64,000 nt of DNA from Caecitellus pseudoparvulus. Lineage: Eukaryota; Protista; Bigyra: Bicosoecida. Positions within the stretch are counted from its first letter, which is position 1, and each line of letters starts with the position of its first letter. The stretch lies in assembly GCA_965644315.1 (NCBI GenBank), contig CBFFRQ010000040.1:186001-250000 (forward strand), read 5' to 3'. The position numbers were made by a program, and so were the translations under genes. Positions 32,595 to 42,542 of this stretch are shown piece by piece. Below the pieces are notes generated by a model that was given only the letters and a program-made list of their open reading frames with translations, was not told the origin of the DNA and searched no databases.

Positions 32595-35500
32595 CTATTT
32601 TTTCGCTGCACTGGAAGATCGTGAAGCTCTGTTTCTTCGCCCGGCAGAAGATGAGCTCCTTCGAGTGGAGCCAGAGAAAGAAATGCGATCACGGGAGTCC
32701 AGCAAACGCCCTTCAGTCAAGGAACTCTTGCGCTGAAGTCGCTGCTCTGCAAGGTCAGCCATGGCTGCCATCTGGCCAACACTCATGCGGCGGCTGCGAC
32801 GCAGTTGGCCTTCCCCTGGAAGGACACCTTGCCCGGCCGTAACCTTGTGCTCGCAATCTACCGTCCCCAAATTCGCCTGGTCCACACCAGGCAGCCCAGC
32901 GAATGAGCCGTGTTGCCGCAATAACTTCGGCAAGTCTGCAGGTCGCTCGCGCATCCCCGTGGCGGTCAGTGGTAGGTCTGGTGCCTGCGTGGCATTGCAA
33001 GCCTTCGATGCATCTCCTGGGTGTTTCTTGGCTGGCATACCGGCCCGCAATGGGTTGGTAGTTGTGGTGCGGCCAGGGCAGGCCTTTGTGATAGGTTCGT
33101 CTGAGCTGTTTTGCAGATCCAGCAGGGATGCTGGCTGTGCCTTCATGGCATGGCCAGACTGTGATCGGCCGAGTGATTTGGCCTGCGCTTGTCCTCTACG
33201 CCCGGGGTCTGCAGATATAGGCACAGAAGGCGACCTTGATGCACTTTCTCTTGGCCTGGATGCCACGGACACAAGGGCGGCTCCCCTTGGACCCAAGGCC
33301 TGCAGCACGGCATCGGCATCGCTACGTGGACTACCAAGTCTACTCCGCTGCGCCACGCCACGAGGGAATGACAGCACAGTGCTCAAGCTGGTGGCGAGGC
33401 GTGGGGCGGCTGGCTGGATGCGACCACACCTCACCAGTCGTTGCGCCAGGGCTGATGCGATGTCTACGAGAGTCGGCACTCGACTGTCCACGATCTGCCC
33501 CACAGTGCTGTCCCCTGCGCTGTCCGCACTGCCCAGCTCAGGCAACAGAGCCCGGATCCGGGCTCCGACTCGAGCCAGCACTGCCCGTGCCGCTGAGCTG
33601 TACCCACGCACCACCACCAGCAGAATGGCCAGCAGGATGACACCTTGTGAAACATACAGCAGAGCATCTGTGACTCCCCACACACCTGCAGGTGGACGGA
33701 GGCTGTTTACGCCCACCAGGATCACCTGCAGCAGGATGCCGCCATGGGCCATGACGTCCAGGTCAGTCAGCTCTTCCAGACACCAGGGCCGCCGCCACCG
33801 CACGAGAAGCAGGCTGCCCAGCACTACACCACCCACCATACACAGACGCAGAATGATGTCAGTGGTCAGCCATGTGACACATGCCACGACAGCGACAAGA
33901 GTGGTCTGCATCGCGAGAAATGTGTGTGTGGGCAGCAGCCAAGCGAAGCCCCAGCATGCCGCCTGGGCTTGCACAGCCTCAGCGACGGCAGCCTCCGCGA
34001 TGGCACTGCTCTTGTCACCGCCTGCATGAGCCACAAGGTTCCGAGCTTGCTGTTGTGTCATCTGGATGCGGTAGCCGTTGGACAGGAAGCCGCGCACTGT
34101 GGCGCCTTGCAATGCAGCGGTGCTGGCTCCGCGCCACTGCCGCCAAGCCATGAAGGCGACAAAGCCCACACTACCTGCCAGGATGTGCAGCACGAGGGGA
34201 AAGATGAAGGGAGTAGCAGCCTTCATGGTGCCAGCTGGCGCGTTTGCTTCGGCCAGTGCTTCATGCTGGGGCCGCAACCCAACCAACTCGGCGTGCAGCT
34301 GCAGCAGAGCTGGCAGCAGGCGGACGTATGCAGCTGCTGGAAGCAACAGCAACACACTGCACCACACACCACGCGTTGTGCCAGCTGCAGGCTCGGTAAG
34401 GCCCAGCGTCAGTGCCGAAGCCAGGAGCAGGAAGGCGCCTAGCGCCACCATGAACAGGTTGCCGGCGTTGCCTGGACTGGATGGGTCGCCTCCACCTGCA
34501 GCACAGGCCACGGACGGCAAGCTTGCCAAGCTGCTGGAGCCTGTGATGGCAGACAGCACAGCCATGCCACCTGCGCCATCTGAGTCAGTGCCAGCATCGC
34601 GAGTATACAGCGTGCCATTCAGATTTGAGGTGGGCTGGCCTGCCCACGGCCTGGCCAGCTTGCATGTGCCTGCCCACTGGTGCAGGGAGTGTGCTGACGC
34701 CTGGAGAGAGTCTGGACCTGAAGGGACAAGAATTGCGATCTGTGCAGATATGCCGATGAACCACAGCATGATCCGCAGTCCACCCGAGAAAAGGCTGGTG
34801 GTGAGGTTTTCAGGAGCCTTGGCATATTTATGGAGAGCAAAGACAGCCAAAGCAAGAGCCATGATGACCTGGATGGCAGCAAACCCAATGCTTGCAACTA
34901 TTGGAGGTACAGCAGTCTCGGGGCACTGTTCACACGCAGAGCAAGGGGACGTGGCCGCCCAGCCTTGGACACAAGAGCCGCACGCTGCTCCTGTGTGGCC
35001 TTGAGCGCAGCCAGTGACACCTGCCAAGGTACTGGACACTGGACAAGCACCTTGGCGCGGACAAGGCAGCAGCTGTGCTGTAGTAGCACTGTCACATCCA
35101 GCGTGGCACGTGGCTGAGCCGGGAAAGGCAAGATGAAAGGCAGAAGACGAGGTTCCTGCACCCGCCGCTTGCCATGCCCAACTCGAGCCTGCTGCAATGG
35201 GCGCTGAGGGCGATGGAGATGCCACGGGGGTGGGAGTAGTTGATCGGAAAACTGAAGTGGATGAAGCAGTGGGGGACGATGAGCGTGTGCCCGATGGCGA
35301 TGCGCCCACTGACGCTGACGGCGTGCCCGTCACCTCAATCGTGCCCGACACACTGGCCGTACCTGACCCTGTGGGAGACGACGTGCCAGACGCTGTCGGC
35401 GACGATGAGCGTGTGCTGGAGGGCGATGCGCCCACTGATGCCGATGGTGTGCCGCTCACAGAAACCGTGCCTGACACACTGGCCGAGCGTGATGCAGTGG

Positions 35501-38500
35501 AGGACGACGAGCGTGTGCCCGATGGCGATGCGCCCACTGACGCTGACGGCGTGCCCGTCACCTCAATCGTGCCCGACACACTGGCCGTACCTGACCCTGT
35601 GGGAGACGACGTGCCAGACGCTGTCGGCGACGATGAGCGTGTGCTGGAGGGCGATGCGCCCACTGATGCCGATGGTGTGCCGCTCACAGAAACCGTGCCA
35701 GTCACACTGGCCGAGCGTGATGCAGTGGAGGACGACGAGCGAGTGCTGGAGGGCGACGCACCCACTGACGCTGACGGCGTGCCCGTCACCTCAATCGTGC
35801 CCGACACACTGGCCGTACCTGACCCTGTGGGAGACGACGTGCCAGACGCTGTCGGCGACGATGAGCGTGTGCTGGAGGGCGATGCGCCCACTGATGCCGA
35901 TGGTGTGCCGCTCACAGAAACCGTGCCAGTCACACTGGCCGAGCGTGATGCAGTGGAGGACGACGAGCGAGTGCTGGAGGGCGACGCACCCACTGACACC
36001 GACGACATTCCAGGGGACGAGCCGCTCGGGGATGCATCAACGGACAGACTTGGCGTGTTAGATGGAGTCCCTGATCCGGAGGCTCTTGCAGAAGTACTGA
36101 CCGTGGCCATCCTAAATGGAGTGACAGATTGTGTGGCCGTGGCTGTGGCTGCAACGCTGAAGATGCCACTGGCAGTCACTGAAGGTGTGCCTGTCTGTGA
36201 AGCACTGTGACTTGGTGCGCCAGAGACAGTGCAACTGGCTGTACCATTGCGAGAAGATGTAGCTGTGGCGGTGGACGAGGGGGTCGAGGTGCTGCTAGCT
36301 ACTGAAGAGCTTGAGCTAGGACTTGTTTGAGAAGGGCTTGGTGTCCCGCTGAAGGTTATCGATCCGGAGGGACTTGGGACTGACATCGGTGTTGGAGTTG
36401 CAGAAGTGATGAAGGAAGTCTTTGGGGCAAGCTCACCCTGCAAATCCAAAGAAGCAATGAACAGGTGGCCGACATTGTTAACGCCTCCAAAGTCGGCGTT
36501 GCCTGAGCCAAAGCCCACTTCCAAGGTGCCGTCGCCGTTCAGGTCGCCAAGAACGGCAGTTCTCCAGGTTTGGGCCATGTTGAAGTTGAAGACTTCCACA
36601 GCGCCTGCATAGTCGGCTGGGATGTGGTGGAATCTGTGAATGGTTGCATCGTTTACTGTGCGTGGCCTCATGGTCATTACGAACAGCGCTCCCTCTTGGG
36701 AGCCACCCACTGCCCATGCAGAGCCGAACAGCAGCCATCGGGCATCTGCATCTCCTTGCGTCAGCAAAGACGCGCTGCTGCCATCGATGCCAAAGCCTTC
36801 GGAGGTTGTCCGATAGTGTGGCCATCCCACCCAGGGTCCAGTGCCTTGGTCATCAACATCCGTAGCGGCTGAGATTCGCTTGACCTGCTCGACGGTGGCT
36901 CTTGACGTCCAGTCTATGTCATCCTCTAGCTCTATCAAGTACACATCTGTTTCCACATCGCTGTCGTGTGTGCAAACTGTAATCTCTCTCGCTTCTCCGT
37001 CATTGTCCAAGTCGCCAATCGCCGACACTGCGTGGCCAAAGTGAGCGTAGTTTGACAAAACGATCGAGCCCGGATGCAAATCACCAAACATGTTCGACTC
37101 CACGACGCTCATGGTCGACTTGTCGAAAAGGAAAAGTGCCACGCCGCCGACTTCGATATAGGAGCTTGTCGCGCTTGCGTACGGCATCCCCATGAGTATA
37201 ACAGCCCGGCTACTATCCGGCCAGCCGTCATTTAGCACCGCAACTGAGTAGCCAAGTTGTTCGAGTCCGGTCAATGCTCGGCTGGGGTACAGGAAGTCAG
37301 AGGAGTCCACGTTCGGCGTCACATCCACTCGCAGCTCGAAAATACTGCCAAGAGCCCCCATTGCATCCAGGGAAAGAATAGCACCCCCTCCAACGAAATT
37401 GGAAGCAGTGCTCGGGCAGCCAACGACGATCTCCCCATACCCATCGTCATTCAGATCTCCAGCCCAAGCCATGCCTTGGGAGCACTTGGCCATTGGGGAG
37501 CCACCCAAAGCAAGGTCAGCCCATGCAGTGGTAGTCAAAGGGTCGATTCGAGCAGCTTCTTTGACTGTGAGGTCATTTCGCATGTGCAAGATGGTCACGG
37601 CACCTTTCTCTTCGCTGGCGTGATTGAATGTCGGGGAACCTACCAAGATGTCCACGACTCCGTTGTGATCAACGTCACCGATTGGCGTGAAGGCTTCGCC
37701 GAATCGCTCATCATCCGTGCCTCCGCCCGCAAAAGCGCTCAGCGCTGCCAAGCTCGGGTCCAAGACTGGATTCAGCACCTCAAAGTCCTGCAAGATACAC
37801 GTGGCGTGGCCGACCTCTTTCTGGGCAAACGCCCGGACACCTCTTCCCAAGTAAGTTGCAGGGGGCTGCCACTCAAGCCGTGTCAGGGAGCCTGTTGCCG
37901 TGGAACTCGTGTCCACATCTCCCCATGCTGAAATGTACATGGAGAGGGAGCCGTCACCTTCGGAATCGCCCATGAGCGCCAAATTACCCCAGAACAAAGG
38001 CCCTGTTCCGCTGCTCAGGCCGCTAAATATGTTGGGACTTGCAGTACTTGTGGTTTTGAGGGTTGGGCGCACCACTTCAAAGCTTCGCATGGAGAAGTCT
38101 GAGTTCATGTACACGATGAAAGCAGCCCCCACTTCAAAGGGGCTTGCCTCACTCCTGCGGTCCATCAGGTTGGACATGAACAAATCAGGAACGCCGTCTC
38201 CGTTCAGGTCGGGGGCGACACCTCCACCATGCACGTGAAGGTGGCTTGCCATGCCCTGCTCGAGCCGCAGGCTGAACTGAGGCCCATCGGTTCCCATGCT
38301 GGTCATGCTGAGAAACGTGGCATCCTGCACGAACACTGTGCTGTTCAGCCACCCAAGCAGAATGGAAGACTCGGCGTGTCCAGGGCAGGAAGCCGCAAAG
38401 TCATTCCTCAGCCCATCGCCGTTCACATCTCCGAGCGGTGCCAGCCCCCAAGCGAGTTGGCTGCCAGGGTCAAGCGCTGGGACGCCACGGTGTCCGCTTT

Positions 38501-41500
38501 TGAGCACAACCGAACTGGAGTACTGCCCATGAGAAAGCAACATGACTAACGCGACGCCTTTGCCACTGTCGGCGAATGGCGCGCCTGTCAGCATGTCCAA
38601 GTGCCCATCGCCGTCGATATCCTCCTGGAATCCTGCCACGGACAATCCAAAGCCGCTGGTGTACTGTGTCATGGATGAGATTTCACTCGGCAGCAAAGTC
38701 CCGAACGTGTTTTCGATGAACGCAATCATGCTGAGGTGCCCATCATAGTGCATGCGCGCAGTCATGACGCCTTCGCCTGACGCAGAGGGGAAGCTGTCCG
38801 ACCCGCAGCCGAAAGCCAAGTCTTTGAGTCCGTCCTTGTCAACGTCACCAATTATGGTCAAGGAGGAACCACAAGTCTGCAACTCTCGTTGGCACATTCC
38901 TGGAGGGGGAAGGAGGGACCCTGCGATCCCTTCCTTCAGGACAGGTGAAAACTGCCCCGGAGCATCAGGTTTGCCTGCCAGCCAAACTGAGCCATATGCC
39001 TTTGTTCCCGTGCAACTTGCATGGCTAAACTCACTTCCTGGTGCCCCAATAAACAGCTCACTGTCCCCATCACACCGAAGGTCCAATGGAAGCAAGGCAC
39101 GTCCCACCTCTCGCGTTGAAGCGTACTCACCCGCTGTGGTGGAAAAGTCTCCCGTGCGGGGGTGCAAGTAAGCCTCGCTGAATGCGCATCGCTGCTTGGG
39201 CAGCGAGGCTTCATACCCTGGAGTGTACTGAGCCCAAGGCAGGTTTCCCGGGATGGGCGAGAAACCTCGCACCGTGAAGCCCCCGTAGTCATCAGCTAGC
39301 TCGATTGGGTGCCCCGTGAGCAATGCGGCACGTGGGCCATGGCGGCTGGTTTCATTCCACAAGAACGCCATGGTCATGTGCTCATACTGTGAACTGGAAG
39401 CTGGGACAGGCGCGAAGCCCCCTGTTCCATTCCCCAGAGTATCGAAGTGCAAAAGGCCATTTGTGCCTGCGTTGAAGCCAGAGTGGCCGATGGTGAGCAA
39501 GTCAACGCCATGCTTGCAGCTGACAGGCAAGTGCAGCATGTGAGTATCCGGCGACAGGGGATCCCTTGCCAATGGCGGGAAGGTCCCAGCTGCCGCCCGA
39601 ACAGTACACCCGTCGTTGCTCGCCCATGACAAGGTTGTGCCGCTGGGCGTCGCTGACGTTGAAGAAAGCACGTGAAAGCCGGAGACGAGCATTTCGGGTG
39701 TGAGGTGCAGGAAGATGATTGCTCCTTTGCTGGAATCAAAGCCTGGAGCTCCCACTGCAATGGTATGCTGCGTGCCAGCACCTTCCATATCGGCTTGCAG
39801 CCATGCCAGACCTTCACCAAAATAAATAGCTTCGGAGTTTAGGCCACCAAGCACAGTCGACTTGTCTGGCAGACCAGCAGAGCCAAAGGTGATGACTGTA
39901 TGGTTGATCATTGGAGAGATGCGAGAGGGCTCAAAGAGGAACACTGTCACGGCACCGTGGCCGTCTACAGTCGAATGCTCCGGGCTGCCAACGGCAATGT
40001 CCGGCGCCAGGAAGCTGTCCAAGTTCCCGATTGAAGTGACCCCAGAGCCGAAGCTCTCGGGGGCCGTCGTGGGGGGCAGGATTGTCGAAGAATCCAAGCT
40101 GCCATCCGGTCTCAGGAAGAGCAGCACTACGCGACCAGAGTTCAGAGTTCTCTGTGCTTGGAGGGTGTGCGCCCTGCCCGGGGCACCCACTGCCAGGTCG
40201 TCCACGCCGTCTTCGTCAATGTCACCAACTACCGCCAAATCGTAGCCAAAGAACCAGCCAGTTCCAAGTGCAATGGAGGCTGAGGTTGCGTTAAGCACGA
40301 AGCCCGACACCTGATCGTGCATGGACATTGTTCGCACCTCAAAGTTGAACAAGTGGACCGTTCCTCCTTGGTTGTTCACATGCGACGCTGGCGACCCGAG
40401 AGCGAGCAACGTAGTTCTGTTCTCCGCATTGTATGGATACTGGCAGAAGCTTCGAGAAACAGCAATTCCATGACTGGCTAGGACAGGTGGAGCTTGGGGT
40501 GCAAGAAACAGGTGCGTCATGGTCAACATTGACACTCCTGCGCGAGAAGCAACGTCACAGCGCCCGTCCTCGGTGAAAGGAATGCTCCTCCACGAGTCTT
40601 GATTAGGAGAAATATCAAGGGCAGCTGTCCAAAGCTGAGGTGGGTTGACAGAGCCCCACAGGATCATGGGCCGGCCTCCAGGCGCCTCTGCGCCCGTGGC
40701 CGACAAGTATACAGCCGCTCCGAAGTGGCTGGACACGCCTGGCAAGGCTGAGACGACCGACGAGTCTATGCGAGTCGTGACCTTAGGGGAGAAACCAGAC
40801 TGGACACCGCCAACAAAGAAGGATCCTGCTCCGGAAAGGCTGCTGGGCGAGTGCATGAGCAGTTCTGGGAACGCATCCCCATCTAAGTCCGTGGCCAAGT
40901 CCGCCAGACGCAAGCCCCCTTGGGCCTCAGAGTACGGCGCCCAGTTTGTTTCAAGTGTGGAGATGGTGGTGATGCCCAAAGCAGTCAATGTGTCGTCCAA
41001 GGTGATGACAAAGACGGCGCCGTCCGCTGTCGCTGCTCCCGTGAAGCCTGGGGCTGACACGAACAGCGTGCCTCCGCATGCAGCCGCAGACACGTCCACG
41101 AAGAATGCCATGGACGCTCCGAAGTGTGCTCCAGCAGGAATGTCCCCAAGCCCCACAGGGGTGGTGCGTGTCACAGCTAAATTAAGACCAGCTGTCTCAA
41201 TATTGTTGTTGCTGGACATGTACATCGAAAAGACAAAGAGCCCCCCCCCATCATCTGCTCCCCATCTAGGCGCACCCACAGCTATCTCTGGTGCACCCAA
41301 GTTAGTTGTATCTCCCAGCGCAACGATGGATGCTCCAAGGCGATCTCCGGACCCGAACGAGCTCGCAGAGCTTTGTGTTGTGCCATTCGCTGGGCCGATT
41401 ACGTTGGAGTGCGCAACTTCCGCCGTGTCACTGAGGCCAATCAACATGTACCCCCCTGTCTGAAAACCACTCAGCGTTGCGCCTGGCATGCCAATCGCGT

Positions 41501-42134
41501 ACTCTGTCGTGGAAGGGTCATTGTCAACTTCTCCAACGAATGCCATGCAAGCTCCCAGGTTCGCGCCCGCCTGTCTGAAGAGGACGGATCCTGGGAGATC
41601 TGGAGCCAGCGTGACAACTCGACGGGCTAGCACTGGCTTGCTGGAGGTCGGGCCTCTTGTCAGCATGACAAGAATTACCGCTCCGCAGTCAGCTTCTCCT
41701 GTAGAGCAAGTGTACGACGGCAGGCCAATGGCAACCTCGGGCACCACATCCGCACCCAGCCGACCAAGGCGGTGCAGGAGGAGACCGTCAGTAGAGTTCA
41801 GCATACTCGCCTGCTCAAGCACCCTGCCGTTCAGCAAAGGCACCAGGGGAATGGGAGCGGGGTCGTGGAGTGGTGTGATGCAACTGCAGTGCAGCAGGAG
41901 CCACGCAAACACAATGCCACGCAGCACTCGGCTGCAGCGGCGTCCTGCAGATTCATACCCGGCGGAAGAGCAGAGAGTGTCATTCATGCTTATGGAACGC
42001 GCAGCTCTGCTGGATTGGGTGCAATTTCGCGGGAGGAGGCCCTGTGCGTTCGTGCTGGCTGGTGCCGAAGAAAGCAGCACTTGCCCCTGACAACGTCGCG
42101 CAACGCTGGGCGGGGTCGAGCTGCCCACAGACAT
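32595..42134 (-). CDS. Giant cell-surface protein: many FG-GAP (integrin-alpha-type beta-propeller) repeats, Ser/Thr stalk, Cys-rich module, multipass TM region, cytoplasmic tail
   Basis: Uninterrupted 3179-codon ORF (alternative start ATG 41987, just before the signal-like VLRGIVFAWLLLHCSC). Repeats include GDIDEDGVDDLAVGAPG, DIDGDGHLDMLTGAP, DVDHNGVVDILVGSP and DLNDDGYGEIVVGCP. CAQGHTGAACGSC..CEQCP precedes at least 7 hydrophobic helices. Confidence 0.85.
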   Translation of the reverse strand: MSVGSSTPPSVARRCQGQVLLSSAPASTNAQGLLPRNCTQSSRAARSISMNDTLCSSAGYESAGRRCSRVLRGIVFAWLLLHCSCITPLHDPAPIPLVPLLNGRVLEQASMLNSTDGLLLHRLGRLGADVVPEVAIGLPSYTCSTGEADCGAVILVMLTRGPTSSKPVLARRVVTLAPDLPGSVLFRQAGANLGACMAFVGEVDNDPSTTEYAIGMPGATLSGFQTGGYMLIGLSDTAEVAHSNVIGPANGTTQSSASSFGSGDRLGASIVALGDTTNLGAPEIAVGAPRWGADDGGGLFVFSMYMSSNNNIETAGLNLAVTRTTPVGLGDIPAGAHFGASMAFFVDVSAAACGGTLFVSAPGFTGAATADGAVFVITLDDTLTALGITTISTLETNWAPYSEAQGGLRLADLATDLDGDAFPELLMHSPSSLSGAGSFFVGGVQSGFSPKVTTRIDSSVVSALPGVSSHFGAAVYLSATGAEAPGGRPMILWGSVNPPQLWTAALDISPNQDSWRSIPFTEDGRCDVASRAGVSMLTMTHLFLAPQAPPVLASHGIAVSRSFCQYPYNAENRTTLLALGSPASHVNNQGGTVHLFNFEVRTMSMHDQVSGFVLNATSASIALGTGWFFGYDLAVVGDIDEDGVDDLAVGAPGRAHTLQAQRTLNSGRVVLLFLRPDGSLDSSTILPPTTAPESFGSGVTSIGNLDSFLAPDIAVGSPEHSTVDGHGAVTVFLFEPSRISPMINHTVITFGSAGLPDKSTVLGGLNSEAIYFGEGLAWLQADMEGAGTQHTIAVGAPGFDSSKGAIIFLHLTPEMLVSGFHVLSSTSATPSGTTLSWASNDGCTVRAAAGTFPPLARDPLSPDTHMLHLPVSCKHGVDLLTIGHSGFNAGTNGLLHFDTLGNGTGGFAPVPASSSQYEHMTMAFLWNETSRHGPRAALLTGHPIELADDYGGFTVRGFSPIPGNLPWAQYTPGYEASLPKQRCAFSEAYLHPRTGDFSTTAGEYASTREVGRALLPLDLRCDGDSELFIGAPGSEFSHASCTGTKAYGSVWLAGKPDAPGQFSPVLKEGIAGSLLPPPGMCQRELQTCGSSLTIIGDVDKDGLKDLAFGCGSDSFPSASGEGVMTARMHYDGHLSMIAFIENTFGTLLPSEISSMTQYTSGFGLSVAGFQEDIDGDGHLDMLTGAPFADSGKGVALVMLLSHGQYSSSVVLKSGHRGVPALDPGSQLAWGLAPLGDVNGDGLRNDFAASCPGHAESSILLGWLNSTVFVQDATFLSMTSMGTDGPQFSLRLEQGMASHLHVHGGGVAPDLNGDGVPDLFMSNLMDRRSEASPFEVGAAFIVYMNSDFSMRSFEVVRPTLKTTSTASPNIFSGLSSGTGPLFWGNLALMGDSEGDGSLSMYISAWGDVDTSSTATGSLTRLEWQPPATYLGRGVRAFAQKEVGHATCILQDFEVLNPVLDPSLAALSAFAGGGTDDERFGEAFTPIGDVDHNGVVDILVGSPTFNHASEEKGAVTILHMRNDLTVKEAARIDPLTTTAWADLALGGSPMAKCSQGMAWAGDLNDDGYGEIVVGCPSTASNFVGGGAILSLDAMGALGSIFELRVDVTPNVDSSDFLYPSRALTGLEQLGYSVAVLNDGWPDSSRAVILMGMPYASATSSYIEVGGVALFLFDKSTMSVVESNMFGDLHPGSIVLSNYAHFGHAVSAIGDLDNDGEAREITVCTHDSDVETDVYLIELEDDIDWTSRATVEQVKRISAATDVDDQGTGPWVGWPHYRTTSEGFGIDGSSASLLTQGDADARWLLFGSAWAVGGSQEGALFVMTMRPRTVNDATIHRFHHIPADYAGAVEVFNFNMAQTWRTAVLGDLNGDGTLEVGFGSGNADFGGVNNVGHLFIASLDLQGELAPKTSFITSATPTPMSVPSPSGSITFSGTPSPSQTSPSSSSSVASSTSTPSSTATATSSRNGTASCTVSGAPSHSASQTGTPSVTASGIFSVAATATATQSVTPFRMATVSTSARASGSGTPSNTPSLSVDASPSGSSPGMSSVSVGASPSSTRSSSSTASRSASVTGTVSVSGTPSASVGASPSSTRSSSPTASGTSSPTGSGTASVSGTIEVTGTPSASVGASPSSTRSSSSTASRSASVTGTVSVSGTPSASVGASPSSTRSSSPTASGTSSPTGSGTASVSGTIEVTGTPSASVGASPSGTRSSSSTASRSASVSGTVSVSGTPSASVGASPSSTRSSSPTASGTSSPTGSGTASVSGTIEVTGTPSASVGASPSGTRSSSPTASSTSVFRSTTPTPVASPSPSAPIAAGSSWAWQAAGAGTSSSAFHLAFPGSATCHAGCDSATTAQLLPCPRQGACPVSSTLAGVTGCAQGHTGAACGSCVQGWAATSPCSACEQCPETAVPPIVASIGFAAIQVIMALALAVFALHKYAKAPENLTTSLFSGGLRIMLWFIGISAQIAILVPSGPDSLQASAHSLHQWAGTCKLARPWAGQPTSNLNGTLYTRDAGTDSDGAGGMAVLSAITGSSSLASLPSVACAAGGGDPSSPGNAGNLFMVALGAFLLLASALTLGLTEPAAGTTRGVWCSVLLLLPAAAYVRLLPALLQLHAELVGLRPQHEALAEANAPAGTMKAATPFIFPLVLHILAGSVGFVAFMAWRQWRGASTAALQGATVRGFLSNGYRIQMTQQQARNLVAHAGGDKSSAIAEAAVAEAVQAQAACWGFAWLLPTHTFLAMQTTLVAVVACVTWLTTDIILRLCMVGGVVLGSLLLVRWRRPWCLEELTDLDVMAHGGILLQVILVGVNSLRPPAGVWGVTDALLYVSQGVILLAILLVVVRGYSSAARAVLARVGARIRALLPELGSADSAGDSTVGQIVDSRVPTLVDIASALAQRLVRCGRIQPAAPRLATSLSTVLSFPRGVAQRSRLGSPRSDADAVLQALGPRGAALVSVASRPRESASRSPSVPISADPGRRGQAQAKSLGRSQSGHAMKAQPASLLDLQNSSDEPITKACPGRTTTTNPLRAGMPAKKHPGDASKACNATQAPDLPLTATGMRERPADLPKLLRQHGSFAGLPGVDQANLGTVDCEHKVTAGQGVLPGEGQLRRSRRMSVGQMAAMADLAEQRLQRKSSLTEGRLLDSRDRISFSGSTRRSSSSAGRRNRASRSSSAAKK
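35270..35998 (-). repeat. Coding tandem repeat, 228-bp (76-aa) unit, about 3.2 copies, in the Ser/Thr stalk
   Basis: Near-identical units in register at 35281, 35509, 35737 and 35965. Each is a 34-aa plus a 42-aa subunit beginning SVGASPSSTRSS. Confidence 0.93.
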
Positions 42135-42542
42135 CGACGGGGTGCTGAATTAGGAGCTCTGGATCGTGATTCTACAACATTGGAGGCCGTGGCATCAGCC
42201 TCAAGTGTGGACACTTGGTTCAGTAGCGAAGTTGGGGAAAGTCCGTGTCAGCACTGGCCAAGCCAATCACAATTCCCGACTGCTTCAGACCAAGGCTCCC
42301 ACAATTTCCACGCGATCTTGTTCGTACGCTGTATATATCCTTTTTGTGTGCCTGGTGCATTGTCTCCACCCCTGGCTGCCACAGGTGAGCGAGCACTGGT
42401 GCAAGTGCGGAAGTTGCACCCTCACACGTCAACTGCGCCAAAGCCTCCCCGCCACCCCATCACACGTGCCCGCTACCAGCACTCCGCAGGAGCCAGGTAC
42501 ATAGCACTGCACACCTGATCAAACCCCCTGTCATCCATCGCC

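Noticed and set aside
35197-36210. Asp/Val/Gly-rich plus-strand ORFs here and at 59428-60807
   Set aside because: These are antisense shadows of the Ser/Thr/Pro stalk repeats of the minus-strand receptors.
32595-42134. Calling the FG-GAP protein a true integrin alpha
   Set aside because: It has several propellers' worth of repeats, no thigh/calf domains, a multipass anchor and no GFFKR motif.
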